DNA of 64,000 nucleotides, from positions 176,266,001 through 176,330,000 of the forward strand of contig OZ024743.1 in the NCBI GenBank assembly GCA_964016885.1, written 5' to 3'. This document shows positions 14,571-26,732 of this stretch, one piece after another. Made by a program: the position numbers and the translations under genes. The notes beneath the pieces were generated by a model. The model was not told where the DNA came from, made no database searches, and worked only from the letters and a program-made list of their open reading frames with translations. The first letter of the stretch is position 1. Each line of letters starts with the position of its first letter. This DNA is from Eledone cirrhosa (Eukaryota).

Positions 14571-15208
14571 ATGGTGGCTGCCAACTCGTTTTCGAGTACG
14601 GCCACTACTTTACATCCATGTAGGATAACCCCTACCGAAGCGCTGAACGAGTGTGACTTTTTAGTCCAGCCAGCGACTTGAAACCTCTGGTACAAACACT
14701 ACACCTGTGACAATCATTGACACATAGTGCTGGGCCCATGGTAGGACAATCATTGACACATAGTGCTGGGCCCATGTGAGGACAAGTGCAGAGAGATCTC
14801 CAGATATAAAGCAATGCCTGTGCCGTGAAGCTTTTATAGTGAGCAAAGGCACTGCACAAAGCCAGTCCCACTCTCTTAACCAAGATGATATTTACCAAAA
14901 AGAAGAACAAGTCAACATCATTGGATACCATCATGGTTGCAGGTGTTATATCAGAGTTTTCCTTCTCCTAGAATTCTGCCTTGACAAAGGCTAAGGGGTC
15001 ATCTCTCTCGGTGATTTTGGATGGCCATTGACTCTTAAGAGCTCCTTTGCCCTTTGACAGGTTTTGTTTTTAGTCCTGCAGGATGTCCAAAGTCACCCTC
15101 CTCACCAAGAAACCTTGGTGGGGTTGCCAGTTTAGTCGCCAACGACCCGACCATGAGACAGGTTGTACTGGGATACATGTTACCAGTAGCACCAACTGGT
15201 GACCTGAC
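14571..15208 (-). mobile_element. Non-autonomous RTE derivative, subfamily A (~640 bp; RTE 5'UTR plus last zinc finger plus tail)
   Basis: Minus strand has the RTE-5'UTR-like ctaggagaaggaaaactctga, a terminal CSVCTRGFKSLAGLKSHTRS finger, the stem-loop actcg-aaaa-cgagt and a (TGTA)n tail. Confidence 0.82.
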
Positions 15209-15417
15209 ATACATACATACATACATACATACATACATACATACATACATACATACATACATACATACATACATACATACATACATGCAGTCATACATAC
15301 ATAGATAGAGTCATACATACATATATAATTACATACATACAGTCATTCATACATATATACATATATACATACATATTTACGTACATACATACATGCGTAC
15401 ATATGTACATATATACA

Positions 15418-15863
15418 TGATGGCTGCAAACTCTGTTAAGTGTACTACAATCGCTTGTCAGATTATAGAGTTTGGTGCACCTTTAGGCTACGGCCAGTCA
15501 CACAAACCTCTAAAACATATCCTGAACAAGCAATGCCTGTACTTTGAGGGTTTTTTAAGTGGGGAAAGGTCTTGCACTCGACCAATCCCACTCTCTGAGC
15601 ATTGAAAACACTACCCGAAAAGGAGATCTTGTTAATATCAACGGATGCTTCCGAAGCCGCAGGATTTTTTCGGAGTTTCCCTCTCCTATAGAGGTGTTCA
15701 GACAACAACTGTGGGCCTTTCACTCCCAGGCCTCCAAAACAAAAGTACTATTTGGATGGCCGTTGACTTTGCTGAGTTCCTCCGCCCTTTGCCAGGTCTT
15801 GTATTTCATCCCGCAAGGTGTCCAAATATCCTCCTCCTCACCAAACAAGCTTGGTGGAGTTGC
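15418..15863 (-). mobile_element. Diverged RTE derivative, subfamily C
   Basis: Colinear similarity to subfamilies A and B (gcaatgcctgt..., cccactctctgagc, ttggatggccgttgact..., tcaccaa). Confidence 0.65.
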
Positions 15864-16176
15864 ACGCATACATGCATACATAAATACATACATACATACA
15901 GTCATACATATATATAAATATATACATGCATACATATATATATACATAAATATTTACGTGCATACATACGTACATATATACATATATACATATGTACATG
16001 ATGGCTGCCCCCTCGTTATCGAGTATGGCCATTGCACGAGAAGAAAAAAAATAAGATAAATAAAATAAAATAAAATAAAATAAAATAATAATAATAATAA
16101 TAATAATTATAATAAATAAATTTAAAAAAAAATAAAAAAAAATAAAAAAAAAGAAATATATATATATATATATACG

Positions 16177-17141
16177 TGGTGGTGGCTGCCAACTCGTTTT
16201 CGAGTACGGCCACTACTTTATATCCATGTAGGATAACTACTGATGCGCTGAACGAGTGTGACATTTTAGTCCAGCCAGCGACTTGAAAACTCTGGTACAA
16301 ACACTACACTTGTGACAATTATTGACACATAGTGCTGGGCCCATGGTACCATATGATGACAAGTGCAGAGAGATCTCCAGATATAAAGCAATGCCTGTGC
16401 CGTGAAGCTTTTATAGTGAGCAAAGGCTCTGCACAAAGCCAGTCCCACTCTCTTAACCAAGATGATATAACATATATAGATATGATGATATACACATATA
16501 TATACATACATACATATATACATACATATATATATATATATGGTGGCTGCCAACTCGTTTTCGAGTACGGCCACTATTTTATATCCATGTAGGAGAACCC
16601 CTACCGATGCGCTGAACGAGTGTGACTTTTTAGTCCAGCCAGTTGAAAACTCTGGTACAAACACTACACTTGTGACAATTATTGACACATAGTGCTGGGC
16701 CCATGGTACCATGTGACGACAAGTGCAGAGAGATCTCCAGATATAAAGCAATGCCTGTGCCGTGAAGCTTTTATAGTGAGCAAAGGCACTGCACAAAGCC
16801 AGTCCCACTCTCTTAACCAAGATGATATTTACCAAAAAAAGAACATGACAACATCATTGGATACCATCAGGGTTGCAGGTGTTATATTAGAGTTTCCTTC
16901 TCCTAGAATTCTGCCTTGACAAAGGCTAAGGGGTCATCTCTCCCGGTGATTTTAGATGGACATTGACTCTTAAGAGCTCCTTTGCCCTTTGACAGGTTTT
17001 GTTTTTAGTCCTGCAGGATGTCCAAAGTCACCTCCTCACCGAGAAACCTTGGTGGGGTTGCCAGTTTAGTCGCCAACGACCCGACCATGAGACAGGTTGT
17101 ACTAGGATACATGTTACCAGTAGCACCAACTGGTGACCTGA
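16177..17141 (-). mobile_element. Two subfamily A RTE derivatives (partial 16177-16468, full 16540-17141)
   Basis: Near-identical to 14571-15208. Confidence 0.85.
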
Positions 17142-17366
17142 CATATATATACATACATACATATATACATACACACATACATACACATACACATATATAC
17201 ACACACACACATACATTAATAACAATAATAATAATAATAATAATAATAATAGCAATAATAATAATAACGACAACAACAATAATAATATACATATTCATAT
17301 ATATATACACACACACGCACGCACATAAGCATATCTACACACACACACACACACACACGATAACAA

Positions 17367-17933
17367 CTAACAGTGCTGCGATCGAATGTGCCTTTTTAGC
17401 CCAGCCAATGATCTAAAATGTCTTGCACAGAGTCGGCAACCAAAACATTCACTGGGAATAGTCGGCTGTGGTTGGAGTTCGTGTACTTTTGCATGTCGCT
17501 TGAGCCCTCCTGCTGATTTACATTCTTTACCACATGTTTGGCAAGCATGATGAGTAGCATCTCCAACAGCAGCCTGGTAGTCAACCACTGGTCTTACTTT
17601 ATGACTGCGAAGATGACTTTCGAGTCCAGCTTTGCTTAGGCAGAGTCTCGCACAGACGCTGCATGTCAGCACCATAGGAGGACCCTCGCCGTCTGGAAGT
17701 GCAACAGCAATGCCCTTCCTCACATCCCGCTTTACTTTCTCGTGTGCGATTCGAGATGCCTCAAAGGCAACTTTTCCCTCATATACAGTCTTTCTCCATT
17801 TATTACGATCAGCAGCAATATTTTCCCATGTATCAGTAGAGATGTTAGCGTCTTTCAGAGAGGCTTTCAAAGAATCCTTATACCTCTTTTTTGGGTTTAT
17901 GTGGCGGTCGTTTTCCTTTAACCAACTCTCCAT
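17367..17933 (-). CDS. RTE ORF C-terminus with three C2H2 zinc fingers (frameshifted continuation)
   Basis: KKRYKDSLK...WENIAADRNKWR; CSVC..H...H, CQTC..H...H, CRLC..H. Confidence 0.75.
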   Translation of the reverse strand: MESWLKENDRHINPKKRYKDSLKASLKDANISTDTWENIAADRNKWRKTVYEGKVAFEASRIAHEKVKRDVRKGIAVALPDGEGPPMVLTCSVCARLCLSKAGLESHLRSHKVRPVVDYQAAVGDATHHACQTCGKECKSAGGLKRHAKVHELQPQPTIPSECFGCRLCARHFRSLAGLKRHIRSQHC

Positions 17934-20922
17934 AGAAGAGTTGTTTTGGTATTCTAGAATCTTTCATCCTGGCAAGGTCACCACTCCGACGGAGTCGTTG
18001 CTTAAGCACAAGAGCTTCTATACTGTCACACATAGAGCTTTCCAAAATCTCGACATCACTGATGTGGTCCCTCCAGTGAACGCCATGGATCCGTCTGAGA
18101 CACATCTGATGGAAACGCTCCAATTGCTTAAGGTGGTGTCGATATGTGACCCAGGTCTCGCAGGCATAAAGAAGACAAGAGAGTACACATGCCCTGTACA
18201 CCTTTACCTTTGTCCTCCTGCATATGTCTCGCTGACCCCAGAGTCGCCTTTCTAGCTTTCCGAAAGCATCACTTGCTTTCCTAATCCTAAGTGAGATTTC
18301 ACTGTCAAGGTTGCCGTATCGATTGACAGTGCTTCCCAGGTAGGCAAACTGATCAACCACTCCAAGTCGTTTGCCATACACATAGATGTTTGGTTCAGTG
18401 TACTGCTTACTAGGGGCAGGCTGGTACATGACGACGGTTTTCTTGAGACAGACAGTCAAACCCAGGTCAGTGCAAGCGTCAGAAAATGCATTCAAAATGT
18501 GCTGCATATCACTCTCTGTGTGCGCTACAAGATCGCAATCATCTGCATACAAGAGGTCTCTTATGATTGATGTAAATACTTTTGTCTTCGCAGCAAAGCG
18601 CCTGATGTTAAATATGCTGCTTGAGGTTCGATATCGGATGTAAACACCATGCTCGCAATTCCTGAATGCAATACAGAAAACCATTGCAAAGTATATGGCA
18701 AACAGGGTCGGTGCTGGAATATCCCCCTGTTTCACTCCATTTTTTACTGAGATAGGCTCCGACATGTTACCTCCGACATTAACCCAAGCCTTCATGTCGT
18801 CATGGAAAGACCTAACTAAAGCAAGGAACTTATCAGGGCAACCAAGTTTCTGGAGAACCTTCCATAATGCCTCTCTGTTGACAGTAACGAAAGCCTTTGT
18901 CACATCGACAAAAACCTGACACAGATCCAAGCCTTGTTCAATGCCTTTCTCCTGGAGCTGTCTAGCTGAGAAGATCATATCAGTAGTGCCGCGTCCAGCA
19001 CGAAAACTAGCTTGACTTTCAGAAAGAACACAATCTGCAATGTGTGTCAGCAGAGGGTCCAGAAGCACCCTACATAAAACTTTCCCTACGACAGAAAGCA
19101 ATGATATACCTCTGTAGTTCCCACAATCATTCCTGTTACCCTTTCCCTTGTACAAGACCACCATTACTGCATCTTTCCAGTCCTCAGGTACGGATTCATT
19201 AGCCCATATCCTTCCAAACAAAGAGTGCAGAGGTTGCAGGAGTCTCTCACCACCATATTGTAGGAGCTCAGCATGTATGCCATCCATACCTGGAGATCTT
19301 CCACTGTTCAGCTTCGAAATAGCCACTGGAACCTCCACAAGCGTCGGAGGTTCTGCGTGAGCTACTTTCACAGGACTTTCTGGAATGAGATTGCGGAAAT
19401 CTTCACTGACGACAGACGGCTGATTCAAAAGATCATCAAATTGCTCTTGCCACCTTCGTAGAATTCCCTGTGAGTCACGAAGAAGTTCTTTGCCATCCTT
19501 GCTGCGAAGCGGTGTCACCAGAGAAGAAGACGGTCCATAAACCTCACGCAAGAGACTGTACAACAGCATTGCGTTATTGGAATCAGACGCAGTTTGTATC
19601 TCACCAGCCTTCTCACTCCACCACTGATCCTTCATCTGAGAAAGACTCCGCCTAACACGTGATTTTACATCCCTGAGCTCCTCATGCAACGTATTCCTCT
19701 TCTGTGGTTTTGCCGTCAAGTAGCGTGACAGAGCACGCCTCTTATCAGCCAACAAGTCTTCTATATGTACATCATTCTCATTAAACCAGTCTTGATGTTT
19801 TCTCTGCGCCAATCCCAGAACACGCCTGCCTACATCATAAACCGACTTTTTAAGGGTCGGCCAATCCTCACCAAGATCTGCAGCCTGCATCTCTTCTTCC
19901 AATGTCCTCTTCACATTTTTATCCTTAAGACTAGCAGCATTCAATTTTTGGGGCAGGGTAACACCAGGAGCCCGGATTTTACGTTTGGTGATTAGTTTCA
20001 CTTTTGCGCGTACCAGGCGGTGGTCCGTCCAGCACTCAGCTCCACGAAGAACACGAACGCACTGCACATCCTGTCTGTCTCGCATCCTGACTAGGACGTA
20101 GTCTAAAATATGCCATTCTTTAGATGCAGGATGCATCCATGTGGTCTTGAATTTGTTCTTTTGTTGGAACATGGTGTTGGTAACACACAGATCCAGCTCC
20201 TCACACATCTGCAGCAGGAGCATACCATTGCTGTTACACTTTCTTACCCCATGCCTTCCGATTACATTCCATGTGTTAAAATCCCTACCCACTCTAGCAT
20301 TAAAGTCACCAAGCACGATGACTTTGTCTGCCTGAGGGATATTTCTTAGAACACCTTTCAAGGCATGGTAAAAGGACAGTTTTTCTTCATCGACAGAATT
20401 CATAGTTGGAGCATACACACTCACCAGGGTAGCATATCTTCCTTTGTCCAGCGGAACTCTCATGGACATAAGACGCTCACTAATCCCTACTGGGAATTCT
20501 TCTAATTTATTCACAAGTACAGTCTTAACAGCAAATCCTACTCCAGCCTCTCTTCTGGTTCCTTCATCTCTTCCTTTCCAGAAGAATGTATATTCTCCAC
20601 AAAATTCCGTAAGATGACCATCTCCAGCTAACCTCGTCTCAGATAAAGCCACGATGTCAAGATCGTAACGTCGAAGCTCCTTTGCAACAAGAGCGGTCCT
20701 CCGTTCAGGACGCTCCAAGGAATCCCTGTCAAGCAGCGTCCGTACGTTCCAGCAGCCAAGACTAAATGCCTTGTTTGGCTCTATTACAATGGCACGATGA
20801 CGAGCGGGCCCAGGCTGTGATAACCTGGGGGGGGGGGGGGCTCTGCCCTTATTGCCAATGATCTTTTTTGTTCCAGAACCTAAATTGCCAATTATCTCTT
20901 TTACATTGTTCTGGAACATCAT
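17878..20922 (-). CDS. RTE-clade apurinic endonuclease / reverse transcriptase
   Basis: WNVRTL, LSETRL, VYAPT, LGDFNARVG, LDY and TDH (APE); NYRGISLL, QG and YADD (RT). Open for 1014 codons; the true start is uncertain. Confidence 0.9.
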   Translation of the reverse strand: MMFQNNVKEIIGNLGSGTKKIIGNKGRAPPPPRLSQPGPARHRAIVIEPNKAFSLGCWNVRTLLDRDSLERPERRTALVAKELRRYDLDIVALSETRLAGDGHLTEFCGEYTFFWKGRDEGTRREAGVGFAVKTVLVNKLEEFPVGISERLMSMRVPLDKGRYATLVSVYAPTMNSVDEEKLSFYHALKGVLRNIPQADKVIVLGDFNARVGRDFNTWNVIGRHGVRKCNSNGMLLLQMCEELDLCVTNTMFQQKNKFKTTWMHPASKEWHILDYVLVRMRDRQDVQCVRVLRGAECWTDHRLVRAKVKLITKRKIRAPGVTLPQKLNAASLKDKNVKRTLEEEMQAADLGEDWPTLKKSVYDVGRRVLGLAQRKHQDWFNENDVHIEDLLADKRRALSRYLTAKPQKRNTLHEELRDVKSRVRRSLSQMKDQWWSEKAGEIQTASDSNNAMLLYSLLREVYGPSSSLVTPLRSKDGKELLRDSQGILRRWQEQFDDLLNQPSVVSEDFRNLIPESPVKVAHAEPPTLVEVPVAISKLNSGRSPGMDGIHAELLQYGGERLLQPLHSLFGRIWANESVPEDWKDAVMVVLYKGKGNRNDCGNYRGISLLSVVGKVLCRVLLDPLLTHIADCVLSESQASFRAGRGTTDMIFSARQLQEKGIEQGLDLCQVFVDVTKAFVTVNREALWKVLQKLGCPDKFLALVRSFHDDMKAWVNVGGNMSEPISVKNGVKQGDIPAPTLFAIYFAMVFCIAFRNCEHGVYIRYRTSSSIFNIRRFAAKTKVFTSIIRDLLYADDCDLVAHTESDMQHILNAFSDACTDLGLTVCLKKTVVMYQPAPSKQYTEPNIYVYGKRLGVVDQFAYLGSTVNRYGNLDSEISLRIRKASDAFGKLERRLWGQRDICRRTKVKVYRACVLSCLLYACETWVTYRHHLKQLERFHQMCLRRIHGVHWRDHISDVEILESSMCDSIEALVLKQRLRRSGDLARMKDSRIPKQLFYGELVKGKRPPHKPKKEV

Positions 20923-20930
20923 TGAATTTG

Positions 20931-20964
<34 letters not shown>

Positions 20965-21432
20965 TAATAATAGTAATAATAATAATAATAATAGTAGTAC
21001 ACTATTAATAATTATTAATGGACTCGTGCAATGCCTGTGCGTGACGAATATTTTTAAAGTGAGGAAAGACTGTGCACTGAGCCAGTCCCACTCTCTGAGC
21101 GACAGTAGCTATAACCCGAAAAGAAGAAAAGATCAACATCATCAGTAACTACTGAGCCGCAGGTTTTATATCGGAGTAAACCCAGTTTCCTGAGATGCCT
21201 TCTCCTAGAAGAATGCCCTGACAAGGGCTAGGGGTTCTTCACTCCCAGTGGTTTAACTGCGCGATCGGGCATCCAGCCCGATTATTTCTATGTCCCCGCG
21301 CAAAAAAAAAAAAAAAAATCACTTATTGACACTTATACGTACGACATACACACACACGCATACATATGCGCGCACACAGCAACACATACATACAAACAAA
21401 CACACACACACGCTACTCTACTCACTTACACG

Positions 21433-21505
<73 letters not shown>

Positions 21506-22547
21506 CCGTCATTACTGATACAAGATTACAAGATTATGTCAACTGTTGACTTTCAAGAGTTTGTATAGTTGAAGCCGATCGTACTACAGTCCAGTATTAT
21601 TATAATTGCTTTACAGCATAGAGTTATGGCTCCCCACGCTCTGAGCTCAAATCCCGCCGAGATCAACCTTGCCCTTCATCCCCACGGAGTCAACAAAAGA
21701 GAGTACCAGTGATGCGCTGGACCAGTCGCTGGATCCGTGCCAAAAGCAGAAAAATTATTATTAAAGTTGTTTTCTTAAGGCCCGGTCGCTGGTGATGGTG
21801 ATGGTGGCGGCGGTGGCGGTGGTGGTGGCAGTTGATGTTGTTGTTGTGTTGTGTGCGTGTGTGTGTGTGTGTGTGTTTTGTTATTTTGAGGGGTTTTTTT
21901 TTTCCTTCCCTTTTCTTTTCTTTTCTTTTCCCTTCCTTTTTTTGTTTTGATGCCGCTGTTGTTGTTGTAAATATTCATTTCAGTTCATTCTGAAGCTGTT
22001 GTTGCTGTAAACATTAGTGCCGGTGTTGTTGTTGTTGTAGATGTTGGGGTTGAAATCTGGTCGTTTGACTGAGTGATGTATATACACACATATACATACA
22101 CACACATATATATACATACACATTCAACAGAGAGTAGAGAATTTGACAACAAGTCGATGACTTTAGTCTAGATAAGGTATGGTATGGTAATGATATGTGA
22201 TGGTGGGGAGAGAGTGTAGACGTTATTGTGGTGGTGGGGACAGTGAGATGTATCTAGTTCATTTGACCGTTTTCTTCTCTTTGCAAAATTTGAATTTTAG
22301 CCATGTTATATTGAGATGTAAGTAAATGTAAAATGTAAGATATAAATAAGGATTGCTCTGCTAAAATATACTAAAATATTTGTGTAACTTCCACAAACTT
22401 CTGTCGTGACATTCCCGAGTCCAGTGACCAAAAGGTTGTTGTATTTTGATGTTTCAGAATACAAAAATTAATTAAAAACTTACCCCACGAAAAGACAGCG
22501 TGTGTTGTCCTATCTATAAGCTCCCTCATACATATGTACATACATGT

Positions 22548-23190
22548 TGCCAGGAATCTCCAGAGTGAGAGTAATATAGATAAGGAAAGTAGTCTATCTT
22601 GGACCAACAACCGCTATATTGGCTCCCACTTTGAAGGATAGGCTTTTGCAATCCAAGAACAGGAGATTAACACGAAATACCTGATTCACAAAAGAGATAG
22701 GGATGCAGGCAAAACACCTAGATGTGATAACAAGTGCAGACTCTGCAGAACTAACATCGAGGATATCACCCATATCATCAGCAGCTGTCCAAAGATGTCA
22801 TCGTGGTACTATCTACCTATGAGGCATGATGTAGTGGCCAAAATACTGTACAATGCAGTTCGTAAAAAAGATAGCCCCGATAATAAACACATTAAAAGCT
22901 ACAGCAATGTGGAATACATCCATGTACATAATATGAAAGAGTACTGGTGGAATGTTCCAGTAAAACCCCAATAAAATGCAGGCATAACAGACCAGATATT
23001 ATGATATGGGACAGGGAGAAGAAAGCATGCACAGTAGTGGAAATTAGCTGCCCAGCAGATGCCAATATAATATCAAAGGTTAGCGAAAAGGAAAATATTT
23101 ATGTAGAACTGATGAGAAATCTGCAGATACTCCACCCTGATTACACCTTCAGATTTATGCCTGTGATGATTGGGGCACTGGGGTATGTTA
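22548..23190 (+). mobile_element. Fragment of a second Dong/R4-type element (CCHC plus RLE)
   Basis: Translates to AIQEQEINTKY...KCRLCRTNIEDITHIISSC...MRHD and HNRPDIMIWD..VVEISCP. Confidence 0.85.
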
Positions 23191-23463
23191 GAACATTTTG
23201 CATCTACAACTGCATATACTCATGTATACAAAGCATATACACATGCACACATACAACTGAAAACATCCACATCCACACATACAATAACATTCATATCTAC
23301 ACATGCATGCATGCATTCATAATCTACCTAGTTGATGTGTAAATTCCAATGAGAGAGTCTTTTGTCTATGTTAGAAACCGACTCTCTCTCTATTGAGAAA
23401 ACATTCGTGAAATTATAAAACCAGAAGAATATACATACGTACATATATACATACATATATACA

Positions 23464-24283
23464 TGATAGCTGCCCCCTCGTTATCGAGTATCGTTGCACG
23501 ATATAACACTATTAATAATTATTAATTAATTCTAATTGGCAATATCAGTAGAGGGTCGTACGCCATGCTTTCCAGCATAGTTACGTCCCTTTACGATCTG
23601 AGTTCAAATACCGCCGAGGTTGACTTTGCCTTTCATCCTTACGGGGTCGATGAAATAAAGTACCAGTAATGCACTGGCTAATTGCTGGCCATGTGCCTAA
23701 AATAGAAACAATTAATTAATTCTATCGTGCAATGCCTGTGCGTGAAGATATTTTTTAAAGTGGGGAAATACTGCACTGAGCCAATCCCACTCTCTGAGCG
23801 ACAGTAGCTATAACCTGTAAAGAAGAAAGGATCAACATCATCGGTACTACATCGGTACTACTGAGCCGCAGGTTTTATATCGGAATTATCCCAGTTTCCT
23901 GAGTTGCCTTCTCCTAGAAGAATGCCTTGACAAAGGCTAGGGGGTCCTTCACTCCCAGTTGTTTAACCGCGCGATCGGATGTCCAGCCCGACTATTTCTA
24001 TGTCCCCGCGCGTATGCATACACATGCACCTATGTAGGTATATACTCATATACATACATATGTACATGTGTATATACATATTTAGACACTTTCGGATGGT
24101 CGTTGACCCTTATGAGTTCTTCCGCCCTTTGTCAGGTTTTGTTTTTTGTCTTGCAGGGTGTCTAAAATCACCCTCCTCACCAAGTAAACTTGATGGGGTT
24201 GCCGGTTTAGTCGCTGACGACCCGACCATGCGACAGGTTGTACTGTGTTACATGTTACCAGTAGCACTCAAGAGTGACCCGAC
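23464..24283 (-). mobile_element. Full-length subfamily B RTE derivative interrupted by a SINE
   Basis: Matches 7591-8161 and extends to the 5' end (gagtgacccgac). Confidence 0.82.
23535..23710 (+). mobile_element. Family 1 tRNA-derived SINE with a 14-bp TSD
   Basis: B box gagttcaaatacc. TSD attaattaattcta at 23521-23534 and 23711-23724. Confidence 0.85.
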
Positions 24284-24727
24284 ATATAAAGGAACATGCA
24301 TATATATATATACGTACATACATACGTACATATGTACATACATACTTACATACACACGTTCGTGCGTACATACAAACATATATGCTCATACATACACACG
24401 CATACTTACATATATACATACAAACATACATTCATACGATCATATATACACACTTACATACATACACGCTCATAGATAAACATATATACATATCTATCCA
24501 CACACTCAACGCACGTATTGGCGAATTTACATTATATATCTTCATTCTACACTCATACACAGATGCATACACAAATATAAAAATACTCATATACTCATAT
24601 ATATATATATATGTGTGTGTATATATATACTCTTTCATTGCTTTCAGACGGCAGAATGCGGCTATGCTGGGCACAGCTTTCATGCAACCCACCAAATCGA
24701 CATCCACACAAACAGGAACAAACTAAG

Positions 24728-24803
<76 letters not shown>

Positions 24804-24965
24804 AATTTATAAATTTGTGTATATTTGAAATTGGGGTAACCTTATAGATAGGATGTTGACACCATAAACATGTAGTTGTGGACCTAATTTCACAGCGAAA
24901 TTAGATTTAGTGATACACCAGGATTGGAATTTAGTAGATATTATCTACGGGGACGGCCGTCTGAC

Positions 24966-25063
<98 letters not shown>

Positions 25064-25332
25064 GTATATAAATATATGTATATGCTGGTTTGTTTACAAT
25101 CTGTGGACGACATTTGTAAATGTGTCTGGTTTTTGAAAAGCGGCCACAATGCAGATAAACTATTTATAGTAGCCGAATAAGTTTGGTAAAAATGCCGCTG
25201 CCGACGGAAAATAGGGAGCACAACCGCCAGCAAAAATCGAAATACGGATCTGTCGTTTACTGACAGAGCAGAATTTTTAAATGTTTGTGAAGCAGATCTT
25301 GGAAGCACTCACAGAGAGAAATGTTTAAACAA

Positions 25333-25465
25333 GAGCAGATCTTTCGATTGATTAGAGAGCAGACCTTTCGATTGATTAGAGAGCAGACCTTTCGATTGAT
25401 TAGAGAGCAGATCTTTCGATTGATTAGAGAGCAGATCTTTCGATTGATTAGAGAGCAGATCTTCG
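25333..25465. repeat. 24-bp tandem repeat (agagcagatctttcgattgattag), ~5.5 copies
   Basis: Direct reading; no spacers. Confidence 0.95.
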
Positions 25466-25639
25466 AAGCATTTGTATAAGTCTTCATACAACCTGTTGCA
25501 AAATCTAAATCGCAATATATATTGATACAATCAGATACAGCTATTAATTCAATTTGTCAAATTAATATATTAAGAGCATGGTAATAGAAACAACAGATGT
25601 TACTTCAACTTGATGCAGTATATTTAAGATATACGATCG

Positions 25640-25860
25640 TAATGATTGGGTTCGATTCCTGGATTGCGTGTTGTGTTCTTGAGCAAAACACTTGCTTCAC
25701 GTTGCTGCAGTATACTCAATTAAAATTAAGTACCAGCAATAGCTGGAGGTTTAACCCTGCGATGGACTGGCGTTCTGTCCAGGTAAAGGAGTGAGCTTTG
25801 TACTGTAATCGCTTCATGCCACAAAACCGGGATTAGCATCAGCCTAACGAGCCTTCTGGC
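25640..25860 (+). mobile_element. Family 2 tRNA-derived SINE
   Basis: gggttcgattcc B box followed by cttgagcaaaacacttgcttcacgttgc, shared with 27580-27830, 41340-41540 (-) and 45753-45900. Confidence 0.65.
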
Positions 25861-26607
25861 TTGAGACAGACTTTAGACTCAAAGTACACCTACAGAATTG
25901 GCAGATTCATAAGGTCGGATAAAATTCTCTGCATTCTGAGTTCAAAACACACCGCGGTCAACTTTTCCTTTCATTCTTTTGCGGTTGATACTGGGGTCGG
26001 TTGACCCTCTATATCTCCTTCTCATTTAATCTCTCTTTCTTTCCTTCTCTCCTTCTCTGGAAGAAATTGGCTGTGTTTAGACCTGTTTAGATCGGTTGTG
26101 ATCAGCCAGGTTTAAAATGTCTTAACAGCGGTCCTACGATACTATCATGAGTTACAGGTATATACATACATGTAAAATGATATGAACTGACTGCATATAT
26201 TTGGCATGAATATCACCCTATCAACAGAAATAAATAAATAGAAATATTTACACCTGAGATATTTTTGCTGTTATCTCCATATCGAGCCGGATCTAGGAAA
26301 TCTGTAAACTACGTTATACACAGTGTCCTTACTTTTTATTTACGACGGCTTGGTAAGATATGAAGGAGATTTGACTACTGTTTATAGCAGATATGACAAC
26401 CCTTGCTTAACTTTACGAAATGTTAGAGTAAATTGTTAAGGGTTTTTTCTCCATCGATAAATTTAAGTACTGGTTTTAATTATATCAGATGCATATCAAC
26501 GAAACGAGGTTACACACACACACATATATCACAAAAAGCGTGTGGTAAGATACAGGGAGGACCATAACGTACCAGAGTACTCAATAGTTAGCGTAGTAGA
26601 GTGGGTA

Positions 26608-26732
26608 ATAGGAAAAGAGTCAGGACCCCGACGGCTGAGCGCCGGCCGTTTCGACAGCTAGATCTGAACTGTTCGGATGTAGCTGTCGAAACGGCTGGAG
26701 CTCAGCCGTCGAGGTCCTGGCTCTATTCCTAT
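26608..26732. repeat. GC-rich palindrome carrying hammerhead 3' halves (PLE-type inverted terminus)
   Basis: Arms of ~53 bp. Right arm GAAA-CGGCTG-gagct-CAGCCG-TC at 26688-26710, followed by (TA)n. Confidence 0.75.

Larger units (their letters stand above)
15999..21301 (-). mobile_element. Near full-length RTE LINE, with subfamily A elements nested in its 3'UTR microsatellite
   Basis: 3' tail 15999-16040, 3'UTR microsatellites matching 8331-8620, ORFs 17367-20922 and a 5'UTR segment 21023-21301. Confidence 0.88.

Noticed and set aside
15120-15208. HDV-like ribozyme at the 5' end of the RTE derivatives
   Set aside because: A candidate P2 (ccagt/actgg) does not covary in subfamily B and no P1 could be formed; a covariance-model search would be needed
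17367-17660. Host C2H2 zinc-finger gene
   Set aside because: The fingers are the C-terminus of the RTE ORF and are duplicated with the element
25333-25465. CRISPR-like 24-bp repeats
   Set aside because: Head-to-tail with no spacers, eukaryotic context and no cas genes
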